From an uncultured Candidatus Saccharibacteria bacterium (GTDB lineage Bacteria; Patescibacteriota; Minisyncoccia; Sungbacterales; SURF-37), in NCBI GenBank assembly GCA_964365675.1, contig CAYIQX010000001.1, forward strand, positions 1 through 39,289: a DNA stretch of 39,289 nucleotides. Reading direction: 5' to 3'. Positions 7,600 through 15,170 of the stretch are shown piece after piece; within the stretch, counting starts at the first letter, position 1, and every line of letters starts with the position of its first letter. A program made the translations under genes and the position numbers. Under the pieces are notes generated by a model that was given only the letters and a program-made list of their open reading frames with translations, had not been told where the DNA came from and searched no databases.

Positions 7600-8574
7600 A
7601 TGATCCCACTCCCGCAGCAACCCAAGATCGTCCGCGAAGAAGGTAACCAGGCTGTTTTTGAGCTGGAAACGCTTTGGCCCGGATACGGCCAGACCATCGG
7701 CAATGCCATCCGCCGCGTTCTCTTGTCTTCCCTCGAAGGCGCCGCTATCACCACGATCAAGATCGAAGGCATACAGCATGAATTTTCAACCCTCCCGGGC
7801 GTGCTCGAAGACATGGTAGAGCTAACGCTGAACCTGAAGCGCGTCCGTTTCCGCATGCACGGCTCCGGCCCGTATACTGCCACCCTTTCGGTGAAAGGTG
7901 ATAAACGCGTAACCGCAGAGGACATGAGAACGCCTTCCCAACTTGAGGTAGTGAACCCGGGGCAATACATCGCAACCCTTACCGATAAGAAGGCCGCTTT
8001 TATCATGGACCTCACGGTCGAGAAGGGCATTGGGTATCAACCAATTGAATTCCGCCAAAAGGAAAAAGTCGAAATAGGCACGATCGCGCTTGACGCCATT
8101 TTTTCGCCGCTCCGTTTGGTGAACTACGAGGTCGAGAATATGCGGGTTGGTGACCGCACTGATTTCAACTTGGTGCGCTTTCATATTGAGACCGACGGCA
8201 GTATTTCCCCGCGTGAGGCTTTTTCGCAGGCGGCAAAGATCCTTCAGGAACAGTTCACCGTGCTTGCCGGGGTATTCGCACGAAAAATCGAGACCGTTAT
8301 CCAGGAGACGTTGGCACCTGCTCGAGCGGTCGAGCTAATATCTGAAGAGGTGGGAGGGGAGACCCTCGAAGAGCAGGTTCAGAAAAAGCGCGTGGAAGAT
8401 CTGGAACTTTCAACCCGCACCATGAATGCGCTTCTGAATGGCGGCATCAAGAACGTTGGTGCATTGGCAAAAAAATCAGAAAAGAAACTTCACGCCGTCG
8501 AGGGTTTGGGAGATAAAGGGATCGTAGAAATAAAGAAGGCCCTAGGAAATCTGGGGCTGACGCTTAAACAGTGA
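7600..8574 (+). CDS. rpoA: DNA-directed RNA polymerase alpha subunit
   Basis: GNAIRRVLLSSLEGAAIT in the N-terminal domain. C-terminal alpha-CTD (LELSTRTMNALLNGGIKNVGAL). Operon position after rpsD. Confidence 0.95.
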   Translation: MIPLPQQPKIVREEGNQAVFELETLWPGYGQTIGNAIRRVLLSSLEGAAITTIKIEGIQHEFSTLPGVLEDMVELTLNLKRVRFRMHGSGPYTATLSVKGDKRVTAEDMRTPSQLEVVNPGQYIATLTDKKAAFIMDLTVEKGIGYQPIEFRQKEKVEIGTIALDAIFSPLRLVNYEVENMRVGDRTDFNLVRFHIETDGSISPREAFSQAAKILQEQFTVLAGVFARKIETVIQETLAPARAVELISEEVGGETLEEQVQKKRVEDLELSTRTMNALLNGGIKNVGALAKKSEKKLHAVEGLGDKGIVEIKKALGNLGLTLKQ

Positions 8575-8606
8575 ACAAGAACCAGTGAACAGTAACCAAG
8601 CCGAAT

Positions 8607-8957
8607 ATGAAACACCTTAAGCGGGGGCGAAAATTCGGGCGGACAGCGGATCAGCGAAAGGCCCTCCTGCGCATCCTCGCCTCGCAACTGGTGATGAAAG
8701 AGCGCATTCAGACCGGCGAGGCCAAAGCCAAGGAGCTCGCGCCGCTGGTCGAGAAAATGGTTACCCGCGCCAAAGACCAGTCGCTGGCCGCACGGAGAGC
8801 GTTGGAACGCGATCTACCCGAATCGGCCGCCGCAAAACTTATGAAGACCATCGCACCCCGCATGGCCTCCCGCCCCGGCGGATACACCCGCATCATTAAG
8901 CTCGGCCCGCGGAAGTCGGATTCGGCCCGCAGGGCGATCATTGAATTCGTGGAGTGA
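8607..8957 (+). CDS. rplQ: 50S ribosomal protein L17
   Basis: MKHLKRGRKFGRTADQRKALLRILASQL...GGYTRIIKLGPRKSD. Follows rpoA. Confidence 0.93.
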   Translation: MKHLKRGRKFGRTADQRKALLRILASQLVMKERIQTGEAKAKELAPLVEKMVTRAKDQSLAARRALERDLPESAAAKLMKTIAPRMASRPGGYTRIIKLGPRKSDSARRAIIEFVE

Positions 8958-9008
8958 TTGGCCTCCGAGGCTGAGCCGGAGGCGATAGACGAGAAGCTGC
9001 CAATCCTC

Positions 9009-9159
9009 CACCGAGCACTCAATTGCCCCTTGGGCGGAATACTACCCCATGATCGTATTGCAAAACCTTCGCTGTTCCCCTACCAATGGCTTTGTATGCA
9101 TTTGAGTGCTCGGTGCTCAATTTTGTAGTTACTCACTAGCGCTCGCAAACAAAATTGGC
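9009..9159 (+). repeat. Repeat element R1, copy B, upstream of rplM
   Basis: CACCGAGCACTCAA (9009-9022) pairs with TTGAGTGCTCGGTG (9102-9115). The conserved leader ATTTGAGTGCTCGGTGCTCAATTTTGTAGTTACTC...AAACAAAATTGGCATG is shared with 5783-5848. Confidence 0.85.
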
Positions 9160-9525
9160 ATGGAAACCCACATCCTCGACGCATCTACGGAGCCACTGGG
9201 CCGCCTGGCGACAAAGGCAGCGGTTTTCCTGATGGGCAAGCATCGTCCCGATTTCGTCAAACACATCAAGCAGCCGATACGCGTGGTGGTTACCCAAAGC
9301 GATCGCGTAGTACTCACCGGCCGAAAAATGCAGAAAAAAATGTACTACCGCCATTCCGGGTACATTGGCCACCTCAAACAATTCACCGCTGAAGAAATGA
9401 AAAACCGTGACTCCCGCCTCTTAGTCCGCAAAGCCGTACTTGGCATGCTACCGAAAAACAAGCTTCGCCGCGCCCTCGACAAGCGACTGACCGTGTATAA
9501 AGGCAGAGCGCCGAAAAATACCTGA
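9160..9525 (+). CDS. rplM: 50S ribosomal protein L13
   Basis: From ATG 9160: METHILDASTEPLGRLATKAAVFLMGKHRPDF...YYRHSGYIGHLK...VLGMLPKN. The ORF-track start at 9106 falls inside the repeat element. Confidence 0.92.
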   Translation: METHILDASTEPLGRLATKAAVFLMGKHRPDFVKHIKQPIRVVVTQSDRVVLTGRKMQKKMYYRHSGYIGHLKQFTAEEMKNRDSRLLVRKAVLGMLPKNKLRRALDKRLTVYKGRAPKNT

Positions 9526-9595
9526 ATCAAGAATCACGAAGCATGAATCATGGCCCACCGTTCCGTAATTCATAACTCATAATCCATTCGCAATC

Positions 9596-10150
9596 ATGCC
9601 ATCAAAGAAACCAGCTAAAAAGCCCGCCGCGCCTAAAATCCAGCACGTAAAACCGGAGGCAAGAAAGCCGGTCCGATTGAAGACGTCCGCAAAATCTGTG
9701 GTCGCGGCGGAGGCTAAACCGCTCAAGGAGGCCGCGGGTATTGAGCGCGAACCGGTATCCGAGCGTTACTGGGAAGCCGTTGGGCGGCGAAAAACAGCGG
9801 TGGCGCGCGTGCGGCTCTTTACGAAAGGGAATAAGGGAGTATGGGTGAACGAAAAGCCACTTTCGAACTACTTCCCGTATCCTTTTCTTCAGCAAAGGGC
9901 CACCGAGGCGCTCGAAACCATGAATTCCCAAGACCACTTTCGCACTTCGGTGAAAGTATCGGGCGGCGGCATCAATGCCCAGGCCGATGCCATTCGCCAT
10001 GGCACGGCTCGCGCCCTCATTCTCTTCAACCCTGACTTCCGAAAGCGCTTAAAAAAAGCCGGGTTCCTTACCCGTGACCCCCGCATGAAGGAACGAAAAA
10101 AATTCGGATTGAAGGGCGCGCGGAGGGCCCCGCAGTGGGCGAAACGGTAG
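9596..10150 (+). CDS. rpsI: 30S ribosomal protein S9 with a ~55-aa Lys/Pro/Ala-rich N-terminal extension
   Basis: The core begins YWEAVGRRKTAVARVRLF and ends GFLTRDPRMKERKKFGLKGARRAPQWAKR. Follows rplM. Confidence 0.92.
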   Translation: MPSKKPAKKPAAPKIQHVKPEARKPVRLKTSAKSVVAAEAKPLKEAAGIEREPVSERYWEAVGRRKTAVARVRLFTKGNKGVWVNEKPLSNYFPYPFLQQRATEALETMNSQDHFRTSVKVSGGGINAQADAIRHGTARALILFNPDFRKRLKKAGFLTRDPRMKERKKFGLKGARRAPQWAKR

Positions 10151-10158
10151 GACCATCT

Positions 10159-10397
10159 ATGAAGGACGTCCAAAAGCGGGTAGATGAGCGGGTCTAGCAG
10201 TTCAAAATCCCGTACTGGCCGCACGAGATCCTTGCCCGGCTCATTGGGGAAGTGGGAGAGCTTGGCCGCGAGGTAAACCATTTTTTTTCGGCCCCAAAAA
10301 GAAAAAGTCGTCCGAAACGGAAGGGATAACGAGCGCTACGAGAAGAAATCTGCGAACCAAAACACCGCCCCATGAGGCGGTGTTTTGGTGGGAGTAA
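10159..10397 (+). pseudogene. MazG-like nucleotide pyrophosphohydrolase remnant (in-frame TAG, frameshift at a T8 run, truncated)
   Basis: MKDVQKRVDERV-TAG(10195-10197)-QFKIPYWPHEILARLIGEVGELGREVNHFF resembles the N-terminus of small MazG/YpjD-type proteins. After T8 (10281-10288) the expected FGPKKKKSSETEG continues in another frame. The C-terminal half is missing. Confidence 0.5.
10357..10388. terminator. Bidirectional terminator-like hairpin
   Basis: 13-bp perfect stem CCAAAACACCGCC/GGCGGTGTTTTGG with a 6-nt loop. A-run and T-run sequences are built into the stem ends. Confidence 0.6.
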
Positions 10398-10419
10398 TTC
10401 TCGGGAAGGCCGCAGGGTC

Positions 10420-10450
10420 CTATATCAATAGTATATACCATCGATATAGA
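10420..10450. repeat. AT-rich palindrome family P1, copy 2 (imperfect)
   Basis: CTATATCAATAGTATATACCATCGATATAGA. Two positions break the symmetry relative to copies 1 and 3. Confidence 0.85.
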
Positions 10451-10534
10451 TGCGGACTGGCAGGAAAAGTGAATAATTGGCGTTGCCAATCTCGAGAGGG
10501 CTCGTTATGCTTGAGGAAAGTGCTTGAGGAAAGA

Positions 10535-11419
10535 ATGACACGCTTGACGATGGCCTATGCCCGTCGCCTGACTGCATCTCTGCTTGCGGTCTTAGTTTCA
10601 TTTATTCCTGTTCTTGCGTCTCCGGTGGCGCATGCCGCGCCACCTGCCGCGCCGCCTTCTCCGCCGGAAGTCATCGAATTCTGTCCTGATCCACCCTGCA
10701 TTTTTGATGTGCCGTCGGGCGGCAGTGATGGCGGGGGCAGAACCGGGGCAGGACCGGAGGCCAGCGGAGGGACTCCGGGAGGACAAGCTCCCAACGCGCA
10801 GAGCCCTACGCCTGATTCTGCTGTTTCCGATGGAATCGGCCGCGTAGCGGATCGCTCTACCTTTGGAGGGCTCGGCAGAGGTTTTTCCGAGGGCTTTACC
10901 GGAATTACCCAGGGGCCGTCACCCAATGATCCCGGCGCCGGCATCCCCGAAGGACCAGGTGGGGTCAGCAATGCCAATACCACGAGTGCCGGGGTGGGCC
11001 TGAGCACGGCCGCCGGTCTAGCCGCTCTCGCGCTTGCCGCGACCGGGCCGGTGGGATTTGTGGTCGGCCTGGTTCTTGGCCTCGCGGCGCTTGCCCTGAA
11101 TGCCGCCGGCGTGGATGTATCATCCTTTGGAACAATAGGCGAAGGGCTGACCGCGCTGGGCCAAGCCGTGGAAGGCATCGGCCGGGCTATCGGGAATTTC
11201 TTTAGCAGCTTATTCGGTGGCCCGGGAGGAAGGGGAGACGGACCAGAAGGTCCCCCCGGAGACCCCCCTGATAACCCAGGACCTGGCGGCGTTGAGGGTG
11301 TTCCTTCCTCACCCCCTTCTGATCCCAGTGAAGGCAATCCAGATGCGGGCAGTGGAGCTGGGCTTGGCACCGGCGGGCCGGACAGCGATGGCGGCAGTAG
11401 CGATGGCGGCGGCGATTAG
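10535..11419 (+). CDS. Secreted Gly/Pro/Ser/Asp-rich low-complexity protein with one central ~45-aa hydrophobic core
   Basis: Signal peptide MTRLTMAYARRLTASLLAVLVSFIPVLASPVAHA. Hydrophobic core VGLSTAAGLAALALAATGPVGFVVGLVLGLAALALNAAGV. Acidic Gly-rich tail. A 13-nt tandem duplication (10508-10533) carrying GAGGAAAG precedes the ATG. An alternative start is 10550. Confidence 0.55.
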   Translation: MTRLTMAYARRLTASLLAVLVSFIPVLASPVAHAAPPAAPPSPPEVIEFCPDPPCIFDVPSGGSDGGGRTGAGPEASGGTPGGQAPNAQSPTPDSAVSDGIGRVADRSTFGGLGRGFSEGFTGITQGPSPNDPGAGIPEGPGGVSNANTTSAGVGLSTAAGLAALALAATGPVGFVVGLVLGLAALALNAAGVDVSSFGTIGEGLTALGQAVEGIGRAIGNFFSSLFGGPGGRGDGPEGPPGDPPDNPGPGGVEGVPSSPPSDPSEGNPDAGSGAGLGTGGPDSDGGSSDGGGD

Positions 11420-12405
11420 ATGCGCCCTAAGAGAGCGCCGCCCACGAGAGCTGCAACAAGCAGGACTGCAATAACCGCTCGTCTTAGCGGTAGCCGCCAT
11501 TGCACAAGCATTTTCCACTGCTGTTCCCACCAGCCAGGGTCCGGTACGAGTATGAAAACACTGACCCATGCCAGCCACGCCGGCATGATTGTCGTCGTAA
11601 CGAGCGTAACAAAGTGCCAGGAGAGTCCGAAAGCAATGGCGAATGTCACGGTTTTTCGCCAAAGAAGTGCGGGTCCGAGTAGCAAGTAGCCGACGTACCC
11701 CAAGGCGGACAGAACCCGGACCGGCATTTCGGCGCGTAGTGCCAGGCGGGATGCCCACGGCTGGCTCCAGGTTATACCCTGCAGGGACCAGAGAACGGTT
11801 TCCCCGCGGATCCACTCCCGAAAGCCGTATGTCGTTTTCGTTGCGGCATTCAGTATGTACAGGAGCGCCAAATGCCACACCATGACGCGGCGAACTGCCG
11901 CCGGGCTTTTGGGTACTGCGTCAGACGCCCAGCTTCCCGTCCGCCTGCGAGCCTCCCAGGAGAAATACGCTCCGGCGCGCGAGAACACAAGAAGGAAGAG
12001 GTAAATGGCGATGACTCGCCGGATGCTGTTCGTAGCAAAACTCTCAAGAAGCGAGAGGTAGGAATGGATGACAAAGGCAATGAGCGCGGCAGAACGGGTG
12101 CGATAACCGATGGTAACCGCGGCCAGGCAGATGATAAGAAAAATTGAAAGCGCGTAGGCGATGAACGGAGATAGCGGAACGACAACCTTTAGCCAGGGTG
12201 CGGGCTGGAGCGGCCACAAAAATCCCGAGTTGGTATAAAACGCTGGAACATACGGAAGACGCGGCACATGATAGAGCAGAGCCGAGACGCCAAAACAGAT
12301 GCGGAAAAGCGCAAGCCCGATTACCGGCTCCGGGCAGAACCAATAGCCATCCCAGCGTTCAAGGAAGGACCTCCCAATGTGTGCACGGTGGTTACCTCTG
12401 GACAT
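11416..12405 (-). CDS. HTTM-domain (vitamin K-dependent gamma-carboxylase-like, SdpB-like) polytopic membrane protein
   Basis: N-terminal hallmark WFCPEPVIGLALFRICFGVSALLY (WFxP..LAxFRIxFG). Multiple TM segments. IGYRTRSAALIAF fits the HTTM pattern. Start chosen at ATG 12405 (M25 of the ORF). Confidence 0.55.
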   Translation of the reverse strand: MSRGNHRAHIGRSFLERWDGYWFCPEPVIGLALFRICFGVSALLYHVPRLPYVPAFYTNSGFLWPLQPAPWLKVVVPLSPFIAYALSIFLIICLAAVTIGYRTRSAALIAFVIHSYLSLLESFATNSIRRVIAIYLFLLVFSRAGAYFSWEARRRTGSWASDAVPKSPAAVRRVMVWHLALLYILNAATKTTYGFREWIRGETVLWSLQGITWSQPWASRLALRAEMPVRVLSALGYVGYLLLGPALLWRKTVTFAIAFGLSWHFVTLVTTTIMPAWLAWVSVFILVPDPGWWEQQWKMLVQWRLPLRRAVIAVLLVAALVGGALLGRI

Positions 12406-12892
12406 AGCGGCAGGAGGCAATATCGCGGACGCGATGGGGAGGTACGGTTGTATCCGGAGGCAGAGACCACCAGCCATCGGAAAGAGTCAGCGCGGTGATT
12501 CGGGCACCGGAAGAATCATCTCCGGCGTTTATCCGATTCAAGGCCCAGCCGCAAAAATCTCTGCGGAGATTACGATTGGATAACATAAGATTGCGCAGAC
12601 CCCAGCGAAGCGGATGCCCTTCGTATACCCAATGGTTTGAATAATGGAAGAGGGTATAGAGGTCGATATTCTTTACTACTCCATTCACGGTGAGTCCACG
12701 GCTAATTATCTCCACGTGCCGGGGACTACCTCTGACGAACATCGTCCACCGCCCCCATGGAAAGAGTGCGATGTCGCCGAACGGGCGCCAGCGCGGCGGA
12801 AGGCCGGAGGCGAAGATATAGCCAAGAAACAAGATTATAAGTGCCGATTTCCACCAGGTTCTTTGCATACTATGGATTAACCATAGCGGCAT
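12392..12892 (-). CDS. SdpA-like / HTTM-accessory membrane-anchored protein
   Basis: N-terminal TM (WWKSALIILFLGYIFASGL), then FPWGRWTMFVRGSPRHVEIISRGLTVNGVVKNIDLY, resembling the W-x-(M/F)F-x-P motif of SdpA-type proteins and HTTM/LMF tails. The stop overlaps the downstream HTTM start by 14 nt. An alternative start is 12868. Confidence 0.45.
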   Translation of the reverse strand: MPLWLIHSMQRTWWKSALIILFLGYIFASGLPPRWRPFGDIALFPWGRWTMFVRGSPRHVEIISRGLTVNGVVKNIDLYTLFHYSNHWVYEGHPLRWGLRNLMLSNRNLRRDFCGWALNRINAGDDSSGARITALTLSDGWWSLPPDTTVPPHRVRDIASCRYVQR

Positions 12893-12965
12893 AATTCACT
12901 ACTGCCAATCCGACCGGGCTGTCCACAATTGCAGGAGTTCTACCGCCGGGCTATACTGCTCCCAT

Positions 12966-13151
12966 ATGGCAGGGGACTTCCTCGTCATAGCGACTTCCGT
13001 TCTCGCTCCGCCGGCGATGGGGTTTGCGATTTATCGTTGGCGTCTGTCGCGCCGCGAAAGGGTGGCGAGAAAACCCCTCGAAAACATGTATGGCGACATA
13101 GACCAGGAACTCGAGGACTCGTCCAAAGGATCCCGTTCGGACCCTAAATAG
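12966..13151 (+). CDS. Hypothetical small single-TM protein (61 aa)
   Basis: MAGDFLVIATSVLAPPAMGFAIYRW followed by a charged tail. TTGCAG-18 nt-TATACT (12928-12957) ends 8 nt before the ATG. No homology recognised. Confidence 0.35.
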   Translation: MAGDFLVIATSVLAPPAMGFAIYRWRLSRRERVARKPLENMYGDIDQELEDSSKGSRSDPK

Positions 13152-13155
13152 GGCC

Positions 13156-13184
13156 TTGACATAGCGTTTCCAGCATGCTACACT
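13156..13184 (+). promoter_or_regulatory. Canonical sigma70 promoter of cassette 1
   Basis: TTGACA (13156-13161), 17 nt, TACACT (13179-13184). SD AAGGAGGTG lies at 13200-13208. Confidence 0.6.
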
Positions 13185-13212
13185 GACAGCACGCAAAGAA
13201 AGGAGGTGCGCG

Positions 13213-13464
13213 ATGTGCCGAGTTCAGCGAGTCCTGTGTGCGCTCCTCTTCACCACCCTCGTGTCTCTGGCCGCGGCTGGTTGCAGCGCCACCGACCTCT
13301 TCGTGTTCCCGCGTGTGCTGCAGAACGCGACCATGACGCATGAGGAGCGAGGGAAGCTCGAGGACGAGAAGTGGGAACGCGAGTACCGGCGCCTGGACGA
13401 GGCGCGGAAGGCCCAGGAGGCCGCCGCCACGAAGAAGGTCGCCCCTGCCCAGCCGGCGAAGTAG
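13213..13464 (+). CDS. Small lipoprotein (83 aa), compositional outlier
   Basis: Lipobox LAAAGC in MCRVQRVLCALLFTTLVSLAAAGCSA. Charged helical C-terminus. Strong SD. By hand count 71 of 83 codons end in G/C, and all Lys codons are AAG. Confidence 0.65.
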   Translation: MCRVQRVLCALLFTTLVSLAAAGCSATDLFVFPRVLQNATMTHEERGKLEDEKWEREYRRLDEARKAQEAAATKKVAPAQPAK

Positions 13465-13534
13465 CCCGGTCCCGATCAACCGCGAGCGCGGTGCGGTCGG
13501 GGCCTTTTTTAATATCACACCAGAAGGCGGAACA

Positions 13535-13858
13535 TCAATTACTCCTCTCTTCCGAAGAACCAAAATTAGTAGGATCCCGCTCACTGGTGAAACCGCGATA
13601 GCCGCTAGACGGCCCCTTTTCGAGCGTGACGCCAGTAAATTCCGGCTCGGCCTTTATGTTCACTTGCTTGGCCATTTCCGCTTCGAGTTTGCGCCCTACC
13701 TCCCGCCGCACGTTCCAGATGCCCCATAGGCCCAGTGCCAGGACGGCAACGCCGGTGGCGGTAGTCAGCGCAATGTCCGACTTCGATTCGTCTGGTCCGA
13801 AAAACGCGAGAACGAGGAGCCAAAGACCTATGGCGGATATTGCGATCTCCCGCTTCAT
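13535..13858 (-). CDS. Hypothetical two-TM small membrane protein (107 aa)
   Basis: AISAIGLWLLVLAFFG and VAVLALGLWGIW form the TM segments. The ATG lies 1 nt after the stop of the upstream gene (13860-13862). Confidence 0.5.
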   Translation of the reverse strand: MKREIAISAIGLWLLVLAFFGPDESKSDIALTTATGVAVLALGLWGIWNVRREVGRKLEAEMAKQVNIKAEPEFTGVTLEKGPSSGYRGFTSERDPTNFGSSEERSN

Positions 13859-13859
13859 T

Positions 13860-14771
13860 TCATTCGGGAATAATTTCTTTGATCTTCGGGATAGAAACGC
13901 AGGAAAGCGTAATGGTCTTCTTTGTTTCTCCTCCTTCGCCGGTACAGCTGAGCGTTATCGGCGTGTCGCCGCCCTGCTTGCATTCAATATCCACCGTGCC
14001 CGAGGCGTTGACGCCACCCACTCCTTGATCAAGCGCGCATGATGTTGCTCCGCTTGAGGTCCAGGAAAGTGTTACTGCTGTTCCTACTCCGACATTAAGC
14101 GTTCCACCGGCACTTGCGGTGTTTCCCCCGCTGGATGCATTAAAACTCGATGTTGGCGCTGCTGCGGCCGATCCACCTAACTGGCATGTGCCATCGGCCT
14201 TGCAGGTGTAGCCCGATGGGCAATACTTTTCTGCCTGCCCTACGGACGCACAGCAAACATTCCCAAAGGGCACACAGCTCTTACCACCGCATAGGTAGTA
14301 CCCCGCCTGGCATGCACCGACAGCACCCACCCCGCTCGAGGCGGCTGTGCCGCTACCTCCACCCGCTCGGCTACTTCCACCCCCGCCGCAACCGGTATTC
14401 GTCGGGGAATCCGTGCCGGCAAGGCACATTGCGGTCCCAATCGTATTCACCGTTGATGCAGCTAATCCCGTTACCCCTACCGCAAGCATAACCGGGAATA
14501 GGTTGCTCGCCGTGATAACTGCGGGCGCCCCAAGCACTCCTACCAAGCCGGCTGGGACCGCCGCCGCAACAACTACCGCAGCCATTACCGCGACGGCTGC
14601 GAAAGCAACTACCGCAACAGCGATGAGCGCAATACCGATACCGGTTATCGCTCCCTTTGCAAAAGCAAACGTCGGCGCCAGCCCCATAATGACCACCTGA
14701 ACCGAGATGGTCACAAAACGTCGCGCCGCAAGAGGCCTGTTAGCGATAGACCGGAGTGAAGCGAGGGACAT
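13860..14771 (-). CDS. Membrane protein with an Ala/Val-rich TM region, Gly linker, 10-Cys module and Ig-like C-terminal domain
   Basis: ACQAGYYLCGGKSCVPFGNVCCASVGQAEKYCPSGYTCKADGTCQ, followed by TLNVGVGTAVTLSWTSSGATSCALDQG...ITLSCTGEGG. The start is uncertain (14771, 14687 or 14852). Confidence 0.55.
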   Translation of the reverse strand: MSLASLRSIANRPLAARRFVTISVQVVIMGLAPTFAFAKGAITGIGIALIAVAVVAFAAVAVMAAVVVAAAVPAGLVGVLGAPAVITASNLFPVMLAVGVTGLAASTVNTIGTAMCLAGTDSPTNTGCGGGGSSRAGGGSGTAASSGVGAVGACQAGYYLCGGKSCVPFGNVCCASVGQAEKYCPSGYTCKADGTCQLGGSAAAAPTSSFNASSGGNTASAGGTLNVGVGTAVTLSWTSSGATSCALDQGVGGVNASGTVDIECKQGGDTPITLSCTGEGGETKKTITLSCVSIPKIKEIIPE

Positions 14772-15024
14772 AGCCGGATTGCGTGAGCCACTGCATAAGA
14801 AAGAAGGCGAAGATGTTCCACACGATCGTCCATCCGATGAGGAGCCACCCATAACGGCGATACTCCGGCTCCGTCAAAAAGGCGATTCCGAGTACCAACC
14901 CTCCAATCCCGGCAAGGGGCCCGGATACCAATATAGCGATCAAAAGCCACTTCTTTTTACGAAGGGCGATGAGGCCGGAAGATGGTGCTACGGGATAAGA
15001 AGGAGCTGCTGAAATCTGGTTCAT
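14740..15024 (-). CDS. Hypothetical small polytopic membrane protein (94 aa)
   Basis: WLLIAILVSGPLAGIGGLVLGIAFL and YGWLLIGWTIVWNIFAFFLMQW form the TM segments. First gene of the 15024-13535 minus-strand operon. Confidence 0.5.
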   Translation of the reverse strand: MNQISAAPSYPVAPSSGLIALRKKKWLLIAILVSGPLAGIGGLVLGIAFLTEPEYRRYGWLLIGWTIVWNIFAFFLMQWLTQSGYVPRFTPVYR

Positions 15025-15100
15025 ATTTAAATAGGAGCCTTAATTACAACAGCATAGACGCGAAGGGGACCGTAATCAAGCTATGTACGAGCCGCAATCC

Positions 15101-15128
15101 TTGACTTTTTGGCTGCAGAGACTATAAT
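15101..15128 (+). promoter_or_regulatory. Canonical sigma70 promoter of cassette 2
   Basis: TTGACT (15101-15106), 16 nt, TATAAT (15123-15128). SD GGAGGTG lies at 15159-15165. Confidence 0.6.
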
Positions 15129-15170
15129 ATAAAGCAGAAATAACGCACTTCATCTAATGGAGGTGAATCC

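Noticed and set aside
8961-8983. Hairpin GCCTCCG..CGGAGGC after rplQ as an intrinsic terminator.
   Set aside because: The stem is only 7 bp with a 9-nt loop and no following T-run. It lies next to the R1 repeat element, so its role is unclear. It is not listed as a feature.
10195-10197. In-frame TAG in the MazG-like ORF as possible stop-codon recoding.
   Set aside because: alaS, murA, cassettes 1, 3, 4 and 5 and other genes terminate normally at TAG. The same ORF also needs a frameshift and lacks its C-terminal half. A pseudogene is the simpler explanation.
10555-11370. 271-aa ORF on the minus strand antisense to the Gly/Pro-rich secreted protein.
   Set aside because: It is a mirror-image low-complexity (Pro/Gly/Ser) reading of the same GC-rich repeats. 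It lacks a signal peptide and start context. The plus-strand ORF has a clear signal peptide.
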